Shown here: positions 11,066 to 20,131 of the stretch, in pieces
Layout of the letters: each line of letters starts with the position of its first letter
Position numbering within the stretch: the first letter of the stretch is position 1
NCBI GenBank assembly: GCA_963701955.1
Contig: OY969694.1
Location: forward strand, 2,291,224-2,355,223
Length of the DNA stretch: 64,000 nucleotides
Direction: 5' to 3'
Source: an uncultured Acidimicrobiaceae bacterium
Lineage (GTDB): Bacteria > Actinomycetota > Acidimicrobiia > Acidimicrobiales > RAAP-2
The notes under the pieces: generated by a model
Databases searched by the model: none
The model's input: only the letters and a program-made list of their open reading frames with translations
What the model was told of the DNA's origin: nothing
Translations under genes and position numbers: made by a program

Positions 11066-11608
11066 GTGCGCGGACGGCGACACTGGCCCACGGGCCCCCT
11101 CGTCGGGATGATCGGAAGTGCGACCTTGGCGGCTGCCTGCTCCAACAACGCAGCGCCACCGACGACGGCCACGTCGACGAGCACATCTGTGGCGACGACC
11201 TCGACCACGGCGCGTGGCACCACCTCCACCGCGGGGCAGACGACCGGCACGTTGGTGCCGCAGACGCCGACGGGGACCGAATTCCTTTCCCCTTCGGGGA
11301 ACATCAGCTGCGAGATCGACTTCAACTTCGGGTCGAGCTCCATCAGCCAGACCATGTGCCTCACCCTCTCGCCGCCCCGGTCGGCCACCCTGACTCCCGA
11401 TGGCAGGGTGGCCGTGTGCACCGGGACGCAATGCCTCTCCAACGCCGGCGTGAACACGCCCACGCTCGCGTACCGAATGGCGATCACCCTGGGACCGTTC
11501 ACCTGCGTGTCGACGACCACTTCCATGCGCTGCACGCTGGCGGAGGGGGCCGGGTTCGCCATCTCCTCGGGAGGTGTCACCCCCCTGGGCAACGCGCCGG
11601 TGAGCTGA
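11066..11608 (+). CDS. Lipoprotein with Thr/Ser-rich linker, unknown function
   Basis: The signal peptide plus lipobox reads ...GMIGSATLAAAC. A T/S-rich linker follows, then a Cys-containing globular part (CEIDF...CLTL...CTGTQC...CVSTTTSMRC). Confidence 0.65.
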   Translation: MRGRRHWPTGPLVGMIGSATLAAACSNNAAPPTTATSTSTSVATTSTTARGTTSTAGQTTGTLVPQTPTGTEFLSPSGNISCEIDFNFGSSSISQTMCLTLSPPRSATLTPDGRVAVCTGTQCLSNAGVNTPTLAYRMAITLGPFTCVSTTTSMRCTLAEGAGFAISSGGVTPLGNAPVS

Positions 11609-11628
11609 GGAAGGGGCCGCATCGTCCG

Positions 11629-12213
11629 ATGAGCACCGCGGAGGCGGGAAGCAACCCCGGCAAGATGCACTTCGACCGCCTCGACGATGGAACGGACGAG
11701 GACTTCGAGGTGCTCAAACGGGTGCACGAGCGCAACCTGACCCTGCTTCCCGACCTCCTTCTCACCATGCTCGGCAGCCTGGCGGGAGACGACGCCTACC
11801 CCGTGGACCGCCTCGAGCACAGTGTGCAGACGGCCACGCGGGCGCTGCGTGACGGCGCCGACGAGGAGACCGTGGTGTGCGCACTCCTCCACGACGTCGG
11901 GGAGACCCTGGGGCCGCTGAACCACGGTGAGGTGGCGGCAGCGGTCCTGAAGCCGTTCGTCTCCGAACGCAACCACTGGGTTCTGGCACACCACCCGCTG
12001 TTCCAGACCTACTTCTACGCCCGTCACCTGGGCCTGGACCCCAATGCACGGGAGCGATTCCGTGACAGCCCCCACTACCAGGCCTGTGTCGACTTCACTA
12101 CCTACTGGGACGAGGTCTCCTTCGACCCCGGCTACGAATCCGAGCCCCTCTCGACCTTCGAGCCGATGGTGCGCCGCGTGCTGGCGAGTCCGTGGTTGCC
12201 ACCGGGCGCCTGA
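11629..12213 (+). CDS. HD-domain protein (PhnZ/MIOX-like metal-dependent hydrolase/oxygenase family)
   Basis: ATG at 11629 is in frame with track ORF 10681..12213. The product contains RLEHSVQTATRALRDGADEETVVCALLHDVGE...NHGEVAAAVLKPFVSERNHWVLAHH. Confidence 0.75.
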   Translation: MSTAEAGSNPGKMHFDRLDDGTDEDFEVLKRVHERNLTLLPDLLLTMLGSLAGDDAYPVDRLEHSVQTATRALRDGADEETVVCALLHDVGETLGPLNHGEVAAAVLKPFVSERNHWVLAHHPLFQTYFYARHLGLDPNARERFRDSPHYQACVDFTTYWDEVSFDPGYESEPLSTFEPMVRRVLASPWLPPGA

Positions 12214-12316
12214 GGTTCCCGTGCGACCCGTTGACGTCCCGACCGCCTGTCCATAGCGTACGTCCGTGGGCCGATGCGGCCCGCCCGTTCACGGGGTAGT
12301 GCTGCAGGAGGACCGT

Positions 12317-12664
12317 ATGGCCGGCAAGTCTCCCGCTGAGTTGATCGAGGTGTTCGGCGCTGCCTGGGCCAGGCACGACCTCGATGCCGCGATGGAACTC
12401 CTCAGCGAGGACTGTGTCTTCGAGGCCACCGGACCGGCCCCGGACGGTGTTCGCCACGCCGGCCCGGCCAGCATCCGCGCCGCGTGGCAAGCCATCTTCG
12501 ACGACGATTCAACACGATTCGAACCCGAGGAGACCGTTGTCATGGGGGAGAGGGCCGTACAGCGTTGGCGCTACGAGTGGGACGGCGGGCACGTGCGCGG
12601 GGTGGACCTGTTTCGGATTCGAGGCGACGAGATCGTCGAGAAGCTTTCGTACGTCAAGGGTTGA
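12317..12664 (+). CDS. SnoaL/NTF2-like protein
   Basis: ATG at 12317 begins MAGKSPAELIEVFGAAWARHDLDAAMELLSEDCVFEATGP...VDLFRIRGDEIVEKLSYVKG. Confidence 0.75.
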   Translation: MAGKSPAELIEVFGAAWARHDLDAAMELLSEDCVFEATGPAPDGVRHAGPASIRAAWQAIFDDDSTRFEPEETVVMGERAVQRWRYEWDGGHVRGVDLFRIRGDEIVEKLSYVKG

Positions 12665-12680
12665 CAGGAAGGAGAGAGCC

Positions 12681-12869
12681 ATGAGCCGGAAGGTTGCGGA
12701 TTGCAGGGACTTCCCGAACGAGGTGGGATGCACCTTGACGATCTCGGGGGAGGAGGACGAGGTCGTGGCGGCGGCCGCGCAGCACGCGGTGGCCGTGCAC
12801 GGACACACCGACGACGAGGGCCTCCACACCTGGTTGCGGAACAACCTCAAGGACGAGATTCGGGCCTGA
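12681..12869 (+). CDS. DUF1059 small protein
   Basis: GGAAGGAGAG lies 6 nt before ATG at 12681. The 62-aa product is MSRKVADCRDFPNEVGCTLTISGEEDEVVAAAAQHAVAVHGHTDDEGL... Confidence 0.75.
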   Translation: MSRKVADCRDFPNEVGCTLTISGEEDEVVAAAAQHAVAVHGHTDDEGLHTWLRNNLKDEIRA

Positions 12870-12943
12870 GGAACACGCCTCGCCGGAGCACAGCCGTCTC
12901 CCGATCAGTCGCGAGGCATCCGGTAGCGTGCTGAGGGGGAGGG

Positions 12944-13699
12944 ATGCCGATGCGCTTCGTGCTGGTTCACGGTGGGTTCCACGGCGCGTGGTGCTGGGAT
13001 CGGATGACGCCCGAGCTCGAGCAACTCGGGCACACGACGCTCGCGATTGACCTCCCCGGGTGCAACGAGCGCCACCGCGAGAAGGCCTCCCTCGAGGCGT
13101 GGCGCAACGCAATGCGCGAGGTCGTCGAGGAGGGCGACATCCTCGTCGGCCACTCCATGGGTGGGTTTGCCATCAGCCTGGCCGCCGACGAGATCCCCGA
13201 CAAGGTGGCGAGGCTGATCTATCTGGCGGCGTCGGTGCCGGTCGAAGGAGGTGCCATGGTCGAGGCCACGGAGGACAACGTGGCCACCGACTGGTCCGAC
13301 ACGGTAGGGCTGCCCGACGAGGAGTTCATGGAGGTTGCCGACCTCCCCGGACGAGGCCCCTGCGTGCGGCTCACGAAGCAGGTGGCGGCCAATCGGCTCT
13401 TCTATCACGACTGTGCGCCGGAGGATCAGGACTGGGCATGGGAGCGCCTCACGCCACTACCCGTCGGGCCGACCCTCGAGCCCTTCCACGCTCCACGTTT
13501 CTGGTCGGCACCCATCCCCCGGGATTTCGTCATTGCCACCGAGGACCGGTCACACCCCCTGTCCCTGGACAACGCGTTCATGCGCCGGCTGGGCCTGAAG
13601 ACGGCTCTGAGCATCGTGTCCTCGCACTCGCCGTTCTTGAGCCGCCCGGCGGAGACGGCTCACGTGCTCGACTGCTGCGCCCGGGGCGCCCTGAGCTGA
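12944..13699 (+). CDS. Alpha/beta hydrolase (methylesterase/SABP2-like)
   Basis: The product reads MPMRFVLVHGGFHGAWCWDRMTPELEQLGH...LVGHSMGG (nucleophile elbow GHSMG). Confidence 0.85.
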   Translation: MPMRFVLVHGGFHGAWCWDRMTPELEQLGHTTLAIDLPGCNERHREKASLEAWRNAMREVVEEGDILVGHSMGGFAISLAADEIPDKVARLIYLAASVPVEGGAMVEATEDNVATDWSDTVGLPDEEFMEVADLPGRGPCVRLTKQVAANRLFYHDCAPEDQDWAWERLTPLPVGPTLEPFHAPRFWSAPIPRDFVIATEDRSHPLSLDNAFMRRLGLKTALSIVSSHSPFLSRPAETAHVLDCCARGALS

Positions 13700-13781
13700 C
13701 GAGTTGATCCGCCTGGTTCCCCGAACCCGGTCGCGGGACTTCGGCCGATGATTCCTTCCACCAGAGTCCGTCTGACTGTTC

Positions 13782-14774
13782 ATGAGCGCACTGGTAGCGT
13801 CGCCTGACGTGGCCACGCTGACCCGGCTGGAGCCATCCTCGCTCGAGCCCTACCGGCGAGAGCTCGTCGGATACTGCTACCGGATGTTGGGCTCGGGTTT
13901 CGAAGCCGAGGATGCGGTGCAAGAGACCATGGTGCGCGCGCACCGGGCGGCTGATCGATTCGAGGGACGTTCCAGCGTGCGTTCGTGGCTGTACCGGATC
14001 GCCACCAATGTCTGCATCGACATGAGCCGGCAGGTCCAGCGGCGAGCCCGGCCGATGGAGATGGGTCCGTCCTCGCCTCCCGACGAGTCGCACCTCGGCC
14101 CGCTGCATCCCGAGGTGGTGTGGGTGACTCCCATCGGCGAGTCGGTGCTCGACCCGGCGGAGGTGGCCGAACGGCGTGATTCCATCCGGTTGGCCTTCGT
14201 CACCGCCCTTCAGCACCTTCCGGCCCGGCAGCGGACCTCGCTCATCCTGTGCGAGGTCCTCCGGTGGTCGGCCTCGGAAGCGGCCGAGTTGCTCGAGACG
14301 AGCGTCGCGGCAGTCAACAGTTCGCTGCAGCGGGCTCGGGCCACGCTGGCCGCGCTCCCCGGTGAGGGAAAGGTACGTCCGCTCGACGGCGACGACGCAG
14401 CCCTGCTCGAGCGCTACGTCGAGGCGTTCGAGCGCTACGACGTCTCGGCGCTGGTGTCGCTCTTGCATGACGACGCGATCCAGTCGATGCCCCCCTTCGC
14501 CATGTGGCTCCAGGGGGCTCAGGACATCGGTGCATGGATGGTGCAGCCGGGACCGAGTGGATGTCGCGGATCGCGGTTGGTCGCCACCTCGGCGAACGGC
14601 TGTCCGGCCTTCGGCCAGTACCGGCCCGACCCACAGGGAGGTTGGAGCCCCTGGGCGCTCCAGGTGCTCGAGGTTTCAGGCGGGAAGATCGCCGAGATGG
14701 CCTTCTTCCTCGACTTCCTCAACCCCGAACGCCTGTTCCCCCAGTTCGGCCTGCCGCTCCACCTCAATGGGTGA
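13782..14774 (+). CDS. ECF sigma factor with fused C-terminal SnoaL/NTF2-like extension (ECF41/SigJ-like)
   Basis: Region 2 reads [30 protein letters not shown]...[12 protein letters not shown]. Region 4 reads [42 protein letters not shown] 130-aa extension ends ...[19 protein letters not shown]. Confidence 0.85.
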   Translation: MSALVASPDVATLTRLEPSSLEPYRRELVGYCYRMLGSGFEAEDAVQETMVRAHRAADRFEGRSSVRSWLYRIATNVCIDMSRQVQRRARPMEMGPSSPPDESHLGPLHPEVVWVTPIGESVLDPAEVAERRDSIRLAFVTALQHLPARQRTSLILCEVLRWSASEAAELLETSVAAVNSSLQRARATLAALPGEGKVRPLDGDDAALLERYVEAFERYDVSALVSLLHDDAIQSMPPFAMWLQGAQDIGAWMVQPGPSGCRGSRLVATSANGCPAFGQYRPDPQGGWSPWALQVLEVSGGKIAEMAFFLDFLNPERLFPQFGLPLHLNG

Positions 14775-15155
14775 CGCAGCATCAATGGGCAGCGCGGCCA
14801 GGCGCAAGAGTTCGCCCATCCCCGGAGCCAGATCCCGCACGATGGCGCGCTCGCGTCGCCGAGCTGCGGCGAGGGCCAGATGTGCCACGTCGTCGATGGC
14901 GCCGATTTCCGGCGGGCCGGGCCCGTCGAGGACCCAGGTCCTGACGACCGTGCCGTCGGCCAGGAGGATCGAGAGCCGACACCACGGGTGCTCTGCCATC
15001 ACAGGGTTGACGTGGATGGGCCGGTGTTCTCATCGCTCGTGGACCCGACGCCGCTCCGATGAGTGCCGATGCTCGGATCCGTCCCTACGTCGGGGGATGT
15101 CACCCAGCCACGGCGGCTCCGCACCGGCAGAGCCGCCCGATCAAGGAGGATCACC

Positions 15156-15929
15156 ATGACCACGCGAACCACCACTCCCGCCGGAGCGCCCTGTTGGGTC
15201 GACCTGTGGACCTCCGACGTGGAGGGCAGCCGCACCTTCTACAGCAAACTGTTCGGTTGGGACGCCCTGGCGCCGGCACCCGAGTTCGGCGGGTACTTCA
15301 TCTTCGCCCGTCAGGGCGCGGAGACGGCGGGCGGTATGGGCTCGATGGGCGACATGGAGGCCAACGACACCTGGAAGCCGTACTTCTGCACCGACGACAT
15401 CGATGCCACGTTGAAGAAGGCGGAGGCCGCCGGCGCCACCGTCAACAGCGGGGCCATGGCGGTGGCCGACCTGGGCACCCAGGCCGTGCTGACCGATCCG
15501 ACCGGCGCGGTCTTTGGCTTGTGGCAACCCGACACCTTCTCAGGGTTCTCGGTGACCGGAGAGCACGGTGCTCCGAGCTGGTTCGAGCTGCACACCCGGG
15601 ACTACGAGCGGGCTCTGGATTTCTACCGCGAGGTGTTCGGCTACGAGATCGCAGCGGTTTCCGACACCGACGAGTTCCGCTACTTCGCGTTCCGCAACCC
15701 CGGATCGAGTGAGGACTTCGGCGGCATTGCGGACTCCCGCACGTGGCTCCCGGCGGACGCGGACGCCCACTGGGCCATCTACTGGCACGTCGACGACACC
15801 GACGCCGCCGTGGCGCAGGCCACCACGCTCGGGGGGACCGTCGTCAACGGACCGGACGCCACGCCGTACGGGCGTCTGGCCACGGTCAAGGACCCGGCCG
15901 GGGCCGAGTTCAAGCTGCGTTCGCTCTGA
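15156..15929 (+). CDS. VOC (glyoxalase/bleomycin-resistance fold) protein, two-domain
   Basis: AAGGAGGA lies 7 nt before ATG at 15156. The product has two repeats of ...FYSKLFGW.../...FYREVFGY... with ...VLTDPTGAVFGLWQ and ...VKDPAGAEFKL. Confidence 0.85.
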   Translation: MTTRTTTPAGAPCWVDLWTSDVEGSRTFYSKLFGWDALAPAPEFGGYFIFARQGAETAGGMGSMGDMEANDTWKPYFCTDDIDATLKKAEAAGATVNSGAMAVADLGTQAVLTDPTGAVFGLWQPDTFSGFSVTGEHGAPSWFELHTRDYERALDFYREVFGYEIAAVSDTDEFRYFAFRNPGSSEDFGGIADSRTWLPADADAHWAIYWHVDDTDAAVAQATTLGGTVVNGPDATPYGRLATVKDPAGAEFKLRSL

Positions 15930-16151
15930 GCCGGACGCGCCCTCGGGGGACGTTGCGGGCTATGAACCCGGTTGGGCGAGTGAATCCCAGAAGGCCTGCA
16001 CCTCGGGATAGACGGACGAGCTCGTCCTGCTTCACCCGAGTTCGTGCTCCGAAGAGGACGACCGCGGGTGTACGGCCGAGAGGGGGTGCTCCCTATGCTG
16101 CGAGGAACATCTCTTCGTCGCCCGAGTTGGCGCAGTTCGAGCGGAGGTCGG

Positions 16152-17636
16152 ATGGACCAGGCCGAGGTTGGCCGGGACGCACCCACGAGAGCAGAGCCCG
16201 ATCCCAGACGCTGGGGCATTCTGGCCGTGGTCGTGATCGCGCAGCTGATGGTGGTCCTCGACGCGTCCATCGTGACCATCGCCCTGCCGTCGGCTCAACA
16301 TGCGCTCCATATTTCGGTGGCCAACCGGCAGTGGGTCATCACTGCCTACACCCTGGCGTTCGGCGGCCTGCTCCTCCTCGGGGGGCGGATCGCTGACTAC
16401 GGAGGGCGCAAGCGCATGTTCACCGTCGGCCTGATCGGATTCGCCGGGGCCTCCGCGCTCGGCGGCCTGGCGGTGGACCAGAGCATGCTGTTCGGAGCCC
16501 GTGCGCTCCAGGGCGCGTTCGCCGCGCTGATGGCGCCGGCAGCGCTGTCGATCCTCACGATCACCTTCCAGCACGACCCGGCCGAACGGGCGAAGGCGTT
16601 CGGAGCGTACGGAGCAGTGTCCGGCGCAGGCGGTGCGATCGGAGTTCTGGCCGGTGGACTGTTGACCCAGTACGCATCGTGGCGGTGGTGCCTGCTCGTC
16701 AATGTCCCCCTTGCGCTGTTCGCCGCGCTGGCGGCGAGCCGCGTGGTCCACGAGAGCCGGATCAGCGGCACCACCCGCTATGACATCCCCGGCGCATTGC
16801 TCTCGACGCTGGGGCTGGTGAGCCTGGTGTACGGCTTCACCAAGGCGAGCCTCGACGGATGGGGGTCGTCGACGACGCTGACGTTCCTCGCCGCCGCAGT
16901 GGTGCTGCTCACGGCGTTCGTCGCCGTCGAGGCCCGCTCCTCGCATCCGCTCCTGCCGCTCCGCGTCGTGTTGGAGCGCAACCGCGGCGGGTCGTTCCTG
17001 GCTTCGTTCCTTCTCGGTGCGGGGCTCTTCGCCATGTTCGTCTTCCTCAGCTACTACATGCAGACGGTGTTGCACTACTCGGCGCTCAAGGCCGGGGTTG
17101 CCTTCCTCCCGTTCGCGCTCGGGGTCATCATCGGCGCAACGGCGTCGGCGGCCATCGTGCCCCGATCCGGGCCCAGGATCCCCATGGCCGCAGGTCTGGC
17201 GGCGGGCGCACTGGGGCTGGGGTGGCTCACCCAGATCGGCGTCGACACGTCCTTCTGGGGATACGTGTTCGGTCCGCTGGTCGTCATGAGCCTCGGACTG
17301 GGGTTCGCCTTCCCCGCCCTGAGCAGCACCGCGCTGACCAATGTCGGGCGGTCCGACTCGGGCGTGGCCAGCGCCATGGTCAACACGACGCAGCAGGTGG
17401 GGGGTTCGCTCGGAACGGCCCTGCTCAACACCGTGGCGGCCACGGCGACGGCCACATTCATTTCGGCCCATGGACCCACGTCGGTACCGGCCGGGCTCGT
17501 GCACGGCTACACCGTGGCCTTCACCCTCGGGGCCGTGTTCCTGGCTGCGGCCGCCGTGATCACCCTGCTCCTGGTGACGGGTGGCCCCGAACCGGCCTCC
17601 GCGATCGAGGTGGAGCCCGCGTGGGCGCCGGGGTGA
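16152..17636 (+). CDS. MFS transporter, DHA2 (EmrB/QacA, 14-TMS) drug-efflux family
   Basis: ATG at 16152 begins MDQAEVG...WGILAVVVIAQLMVVLDASIVTIALPSAQHAL...WVITAYTLAFGGLLLLGGRIADYGGRKRMF. Confidence 0.9.
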   Translation: MDQAEVGRDAPTRAEPDPRRWGILAVVVIAQLMVVLDASIVTIALPSAQHALHISVANRQWVITAYTLAFGGLLLLGGRIADYGGRKRMFTVGLIGFAGASALGGLAVDQSMLFGARALQGAFAALMAPAALSILTITFQHDPAERAKAFGAYGAVSGAGGAIGVLAGGLLTQYASWRWCLLVNVPLALFAALAASRVVHESRISGTTRYDIPGALLSTLGLVSLVYGFTKASLDGWGSSTTLTFLAAAVVLLTAFVAVEARSSHPLLPLRVVLERNRGGSFLASFLLGAGLFAMFVFLSYYMQTVLHYSALKAGVAFLPFALGVIIGATASAAIVPRSGPRIPMAAGLAAGALGLGWLTQIGVDTSFWGYVFGPLVVMSLGLGFAFPALSSTALTNVGRSDSGVASAMVNTTQQVGGSLGTALLNTVAATATATFISAHGPTSVPAGLVHGYTVAFTLGAVFLAAAAVITLLLVTGGPEPASAIEVEPAWAPG

Positions 17637-17684
17637 CGTGCTGGTCCCGACCCGGCTGGCTCGTCTGAGCGAAGGGGGTGAACG

Positions 17685-18609
17685 ATGGCACTCGGTTGGA
17701 GCCCGTTGTCGTCCTACGACGAGTGGAGCGCGACCTGTGACACGCTGCACGCGCACACTCAGGTGCTCGGCAAGTTGTCGGTCGCGCTGGCGCCACCGGA
17801 ACCGCAGCTCCAGCACGCTGCCCTGCGACTGACTGCTCGGGGATGGGAGACGTCCGCCCTCGCGGCCCCCGACCGTTCGGGCGCTCTGGTGGCCACCCTC
17901 GATCTGCACGCGCACCAGTTCGTGATTGAGCACAGCGACGGCCGGCGCACGCATATCGCGCTGACCCCGAACCGGCCCGTCGGTGCGGTCACCCGAGAGG
18001 TTCTCGGTGCAGTGACGCACCTGGTCGGCGCGTTCCCCATCAGGCTGGCGCCTCAAGAGGTGCCGTGGACCGTCGCACTCGACGAGGACGAGGACCACCG
18101 GACTTACGACCCGGTCGAGGTGGACCGGTACTTCGCCGCCGCCACGCGGGCAGCGCTCGTCCTGGCGGCGGTACGCGCTCCGTATCGTGGTCGCTCCAGC
18201 CCGGTGAATGCCTGGTGGGGCAGCTTCGATCTGGCCGTGAGCCTCTATTCGGGGCTTTCCGCAGATCCGCCCTCGACGGACTTCATCATGCGCAACTCGG
18301 GCGATGTCCAGCAGGTTGAGGTCGGCTGGTGGCCCGGTGACCGTCGCTACCCTCACCCCGCCTTCTTCGGGTTCGCCTCCCCGACTCCCGAGAGCTTCGG
18401 GGAGGCAAGCCTGTCACCGACCTCGAGCGCGCTGGGAGGGCCAGCTCGGTGAGTACGTCCTGGACTGGGACGAGGTGATCCGCTCGCCGGACCCGTTCGC
18501 CGCCGCCACCGAGTTCGGTCGATCCGTCGTGGCGCACGCCTGCACGGTCTGCCGCTGGGATCCGGCGCTGGCCTCGAGCGCGCAGGGGCACCCTCCGCCG
18601 GTTCATTGA
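17685..18609 (+). CDS. DUF5996-family protein, interrupted by one +1 frameshift
   Basis: Track ORF 17685..18452 carries the N-terminal 245 aa (...NAWWGSFDLAVSLYSG...VEVGWWPGDRRYPHPAFFGFASP). The family C-terminus ARWEGQLGEYVLDWDEVIRSPDPFAAATEFGRSVV continues in the frame of ORF 18304..18609. Length = 3n+1. Confidence 0.7.
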
Positions 18610-18686
18610 CGGCGCCAGGGTCACATTCGGGACGAGGCGGCTCCGACGAGCGGTTGAACCGGGCAGGCACGAGCGAGGAGCGTGAC

Positions 18687-19106
18687 GTGAGCGAGTGGAA
18701 CGACAAGATCATCGCGGAGTTCCGCGCCAACGAAGGCCGCATCGGGGGCCAGTTCGATGGTGCTCCCATCGTCCTGGTGCACCATTGCGGGCGAAAGAGC
18801 GGACGGGAGCTGGTCAACCCGATGATGTACCTGCCCGACGAGAGTGACGACGACCGGATCTTCGTGTTCGCCTCCAAGGCCGGGGCCCCGACCAACCCTG
18901 ACTGGTACTACAACCTCGTCGCGGCGGGGGAGGGCAACGTCGAACGAGGTACGGAGACCTACGCGGTCTCCGTACATGAGGTCAAGGGTGCAGAACGCGA
19001 CCGCATCTACCAGGAGCAGGCCACCCGGTACCCGGGTTTCGCGGAGTACGCCGAGAAGACGGCCGGCGTCCGGACGATTCCGGTGTTGGAGCTTCGGAGG
19101 ATCTGA
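18687..19106 (+). CDS. Deazaflavin (F420)-dependent nitroreductase family protein (Ddn-like)
   Basis: GTG at 18687 begins VSEWNDKIIAEFRANEGRIGGQFDGAPIVLVHHCGRKSGRELVNPMMY...NPDWYYNLVAAGEGNVERG...RIYQEQATRYPGFAEY. Confidence 0.85.
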   Translation: MSEWNDKIIAEFRANEGRIGGQFDGAPIVLVHHCGRKSGRELVNPMMYLPDESDDDRIFVFASKAGAPTNPDWYYNLVAAGEGNVERGTETYAVSVHEVKGAERDRIYQEQATRYPGFAEYAEKTAGVRTIPVLELRRI

Positions 19107-19206
19107 CCGACGCGGCACCGCAGCGGCGCATGGAGACCTGTAGTGTCGGATCGATCGAACCGGCTCCCGCCAAGGTTGGAGAGTCCGGAGTGACCGAGGA
19201 GCGCGC

Positions 19207-20106
19207 ATGTTGACGAAGCCCGTGATCGACATCGATCCCGACCTGTTGCGCCGAAGCGCCGAGGCGCAGGTCCACGCCGCGGCCGAAGGTTGGAACCACG
19301 TCCGCCTCGAGAGCACGGGGCACGTCCCGACCATTCTCGAAACCCTGGTACCCGGTGGCCCGTGGGCATGGGCGATCATGATGATCCCCCAGCCCGACGG
19401 CAGCATCGTCTTGCCGGTGCACACCACCTTCGAGGGCATTGAGGAGATGTACAAGATGATCCGCGGGCACTCCGATGTGCTCGGTTCGGAGCCGGTGCTC
19501 GAGATCCGCGGCGAGTGGTACGCCATGCACGAGGACGTCGCCACGAGCCGCACCAAGTCGGACGGCGAGGTGGGTGAGCGTGAGATGGTCCTCATCCTGC
19601 CCGTCACGAATGGACCAGGGATCACCGGCGAGCTCGCCTGGGTGCGGATGGACCGTACTCTTCTGGGCAAGGACCTGGCGGTGGCCGAGCCGAAGAGCAC
19701 GCGGGAGATACGCCGCCACCTGCTGGGGTTGCACAACCAGCTGATCGAGGCGCTGCACGCCAACGATGTCGACGGCGTGGTCTCACTGTTCAGTCCGGGC
19801 TGCCAGTCGGCGATACGTGATTACGTGGAGGACACGGGAACCATCACGGGGCTCGACGGTCTGGACGGTCTCCGGGAGCACTTCGGGGCGTTCTTCGCCC
19901 TCTACGAGGTGCAGTCGGTCGAGCTGCTCCAGCGGGTCGTCGAGGAGTGGTACCTGTTCGCCGAGCTCCGGGTGGAGGTGGTGGCCCGATCAGGCGCCGA
20001 GGTGGGAAACCGGCTGGCCTTCCACACGGCCACCCTCCTCGTGCCCGGCAAGGAGGACAAGTTCATCGTCCAGATCGGGCACGGCACCGACCTGGCCCGT
20101 CTGTAG
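19207..20106 (+). CDS. Hypothetical protein, C-terminal half SnoaL/NTF2-like
   Basis: This is a 299-aa ORF with an ATG start and coding-like composition. The second half reads HNQLIEALHANDVDGVVSLFSPGCQSAIRDYV...EWYLFAELRVEV...KFIVQIGHG. Confidence 0.65.
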   Translation: MLTKPVIDIDPDLLRRSAEAQVHAAAEGWNHVRLESTGHVPTILETLVPGGPWAWAIMMIPQPDGSIVLPVHTTFEGIEEMYKMIRGHSDVLGSEPVLEIRGEWYAMHEDVATSRTKSDGEVGEREMVLILPVTNGPGITGELAWVRMDRTLLGKDLAVAEPKSTREIRRHLLGLHNQLIEALHANDVDGVVSLFSPGCQSAIRDYVEDTGTITGLDGLDGLREHFGAFFALYEVQSVELLQRVVEEWYLFAELRVEVVARSGAEVGNRLAFHTATLLVPGKEDKFIVQIGHGTDLARL

Positions 20107-20131
20107 GTCGCAGCGAGGCCACTTTCCAGGC

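Noticed and set aside
14676-15002. 108-aa minus-strand ORF between the sigma factor and the VOC gene
   Set aside because: Its last 33 codons are antisense to the well-supported sigma-factor C-terminus. The acidic [27 protein letters not shown] tail is exactly what antisense translation of ..[17 protein letters not shown].. produces. It has no family motif. It is possibly real but unsupported.
15098-15124. ECF41-like promoter (TGTCACC-N16-gcac) upstream of the VOC gene
   Set aside because: The -35-like element matches 6 of 7 positions of the TGTCACA I recall for this group. The -10 position does not match the expected CGTC at either 15- or 16-nt spacing.
16032-18356. 774-aa minus-strand ORF across the DHA2 transporter and DUF5996 genes
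   Set aside because: It is an Arg/Glu/Gly/Pro-rich shadow. The plus strand encodes a textbook 14-TMS MFS protein.
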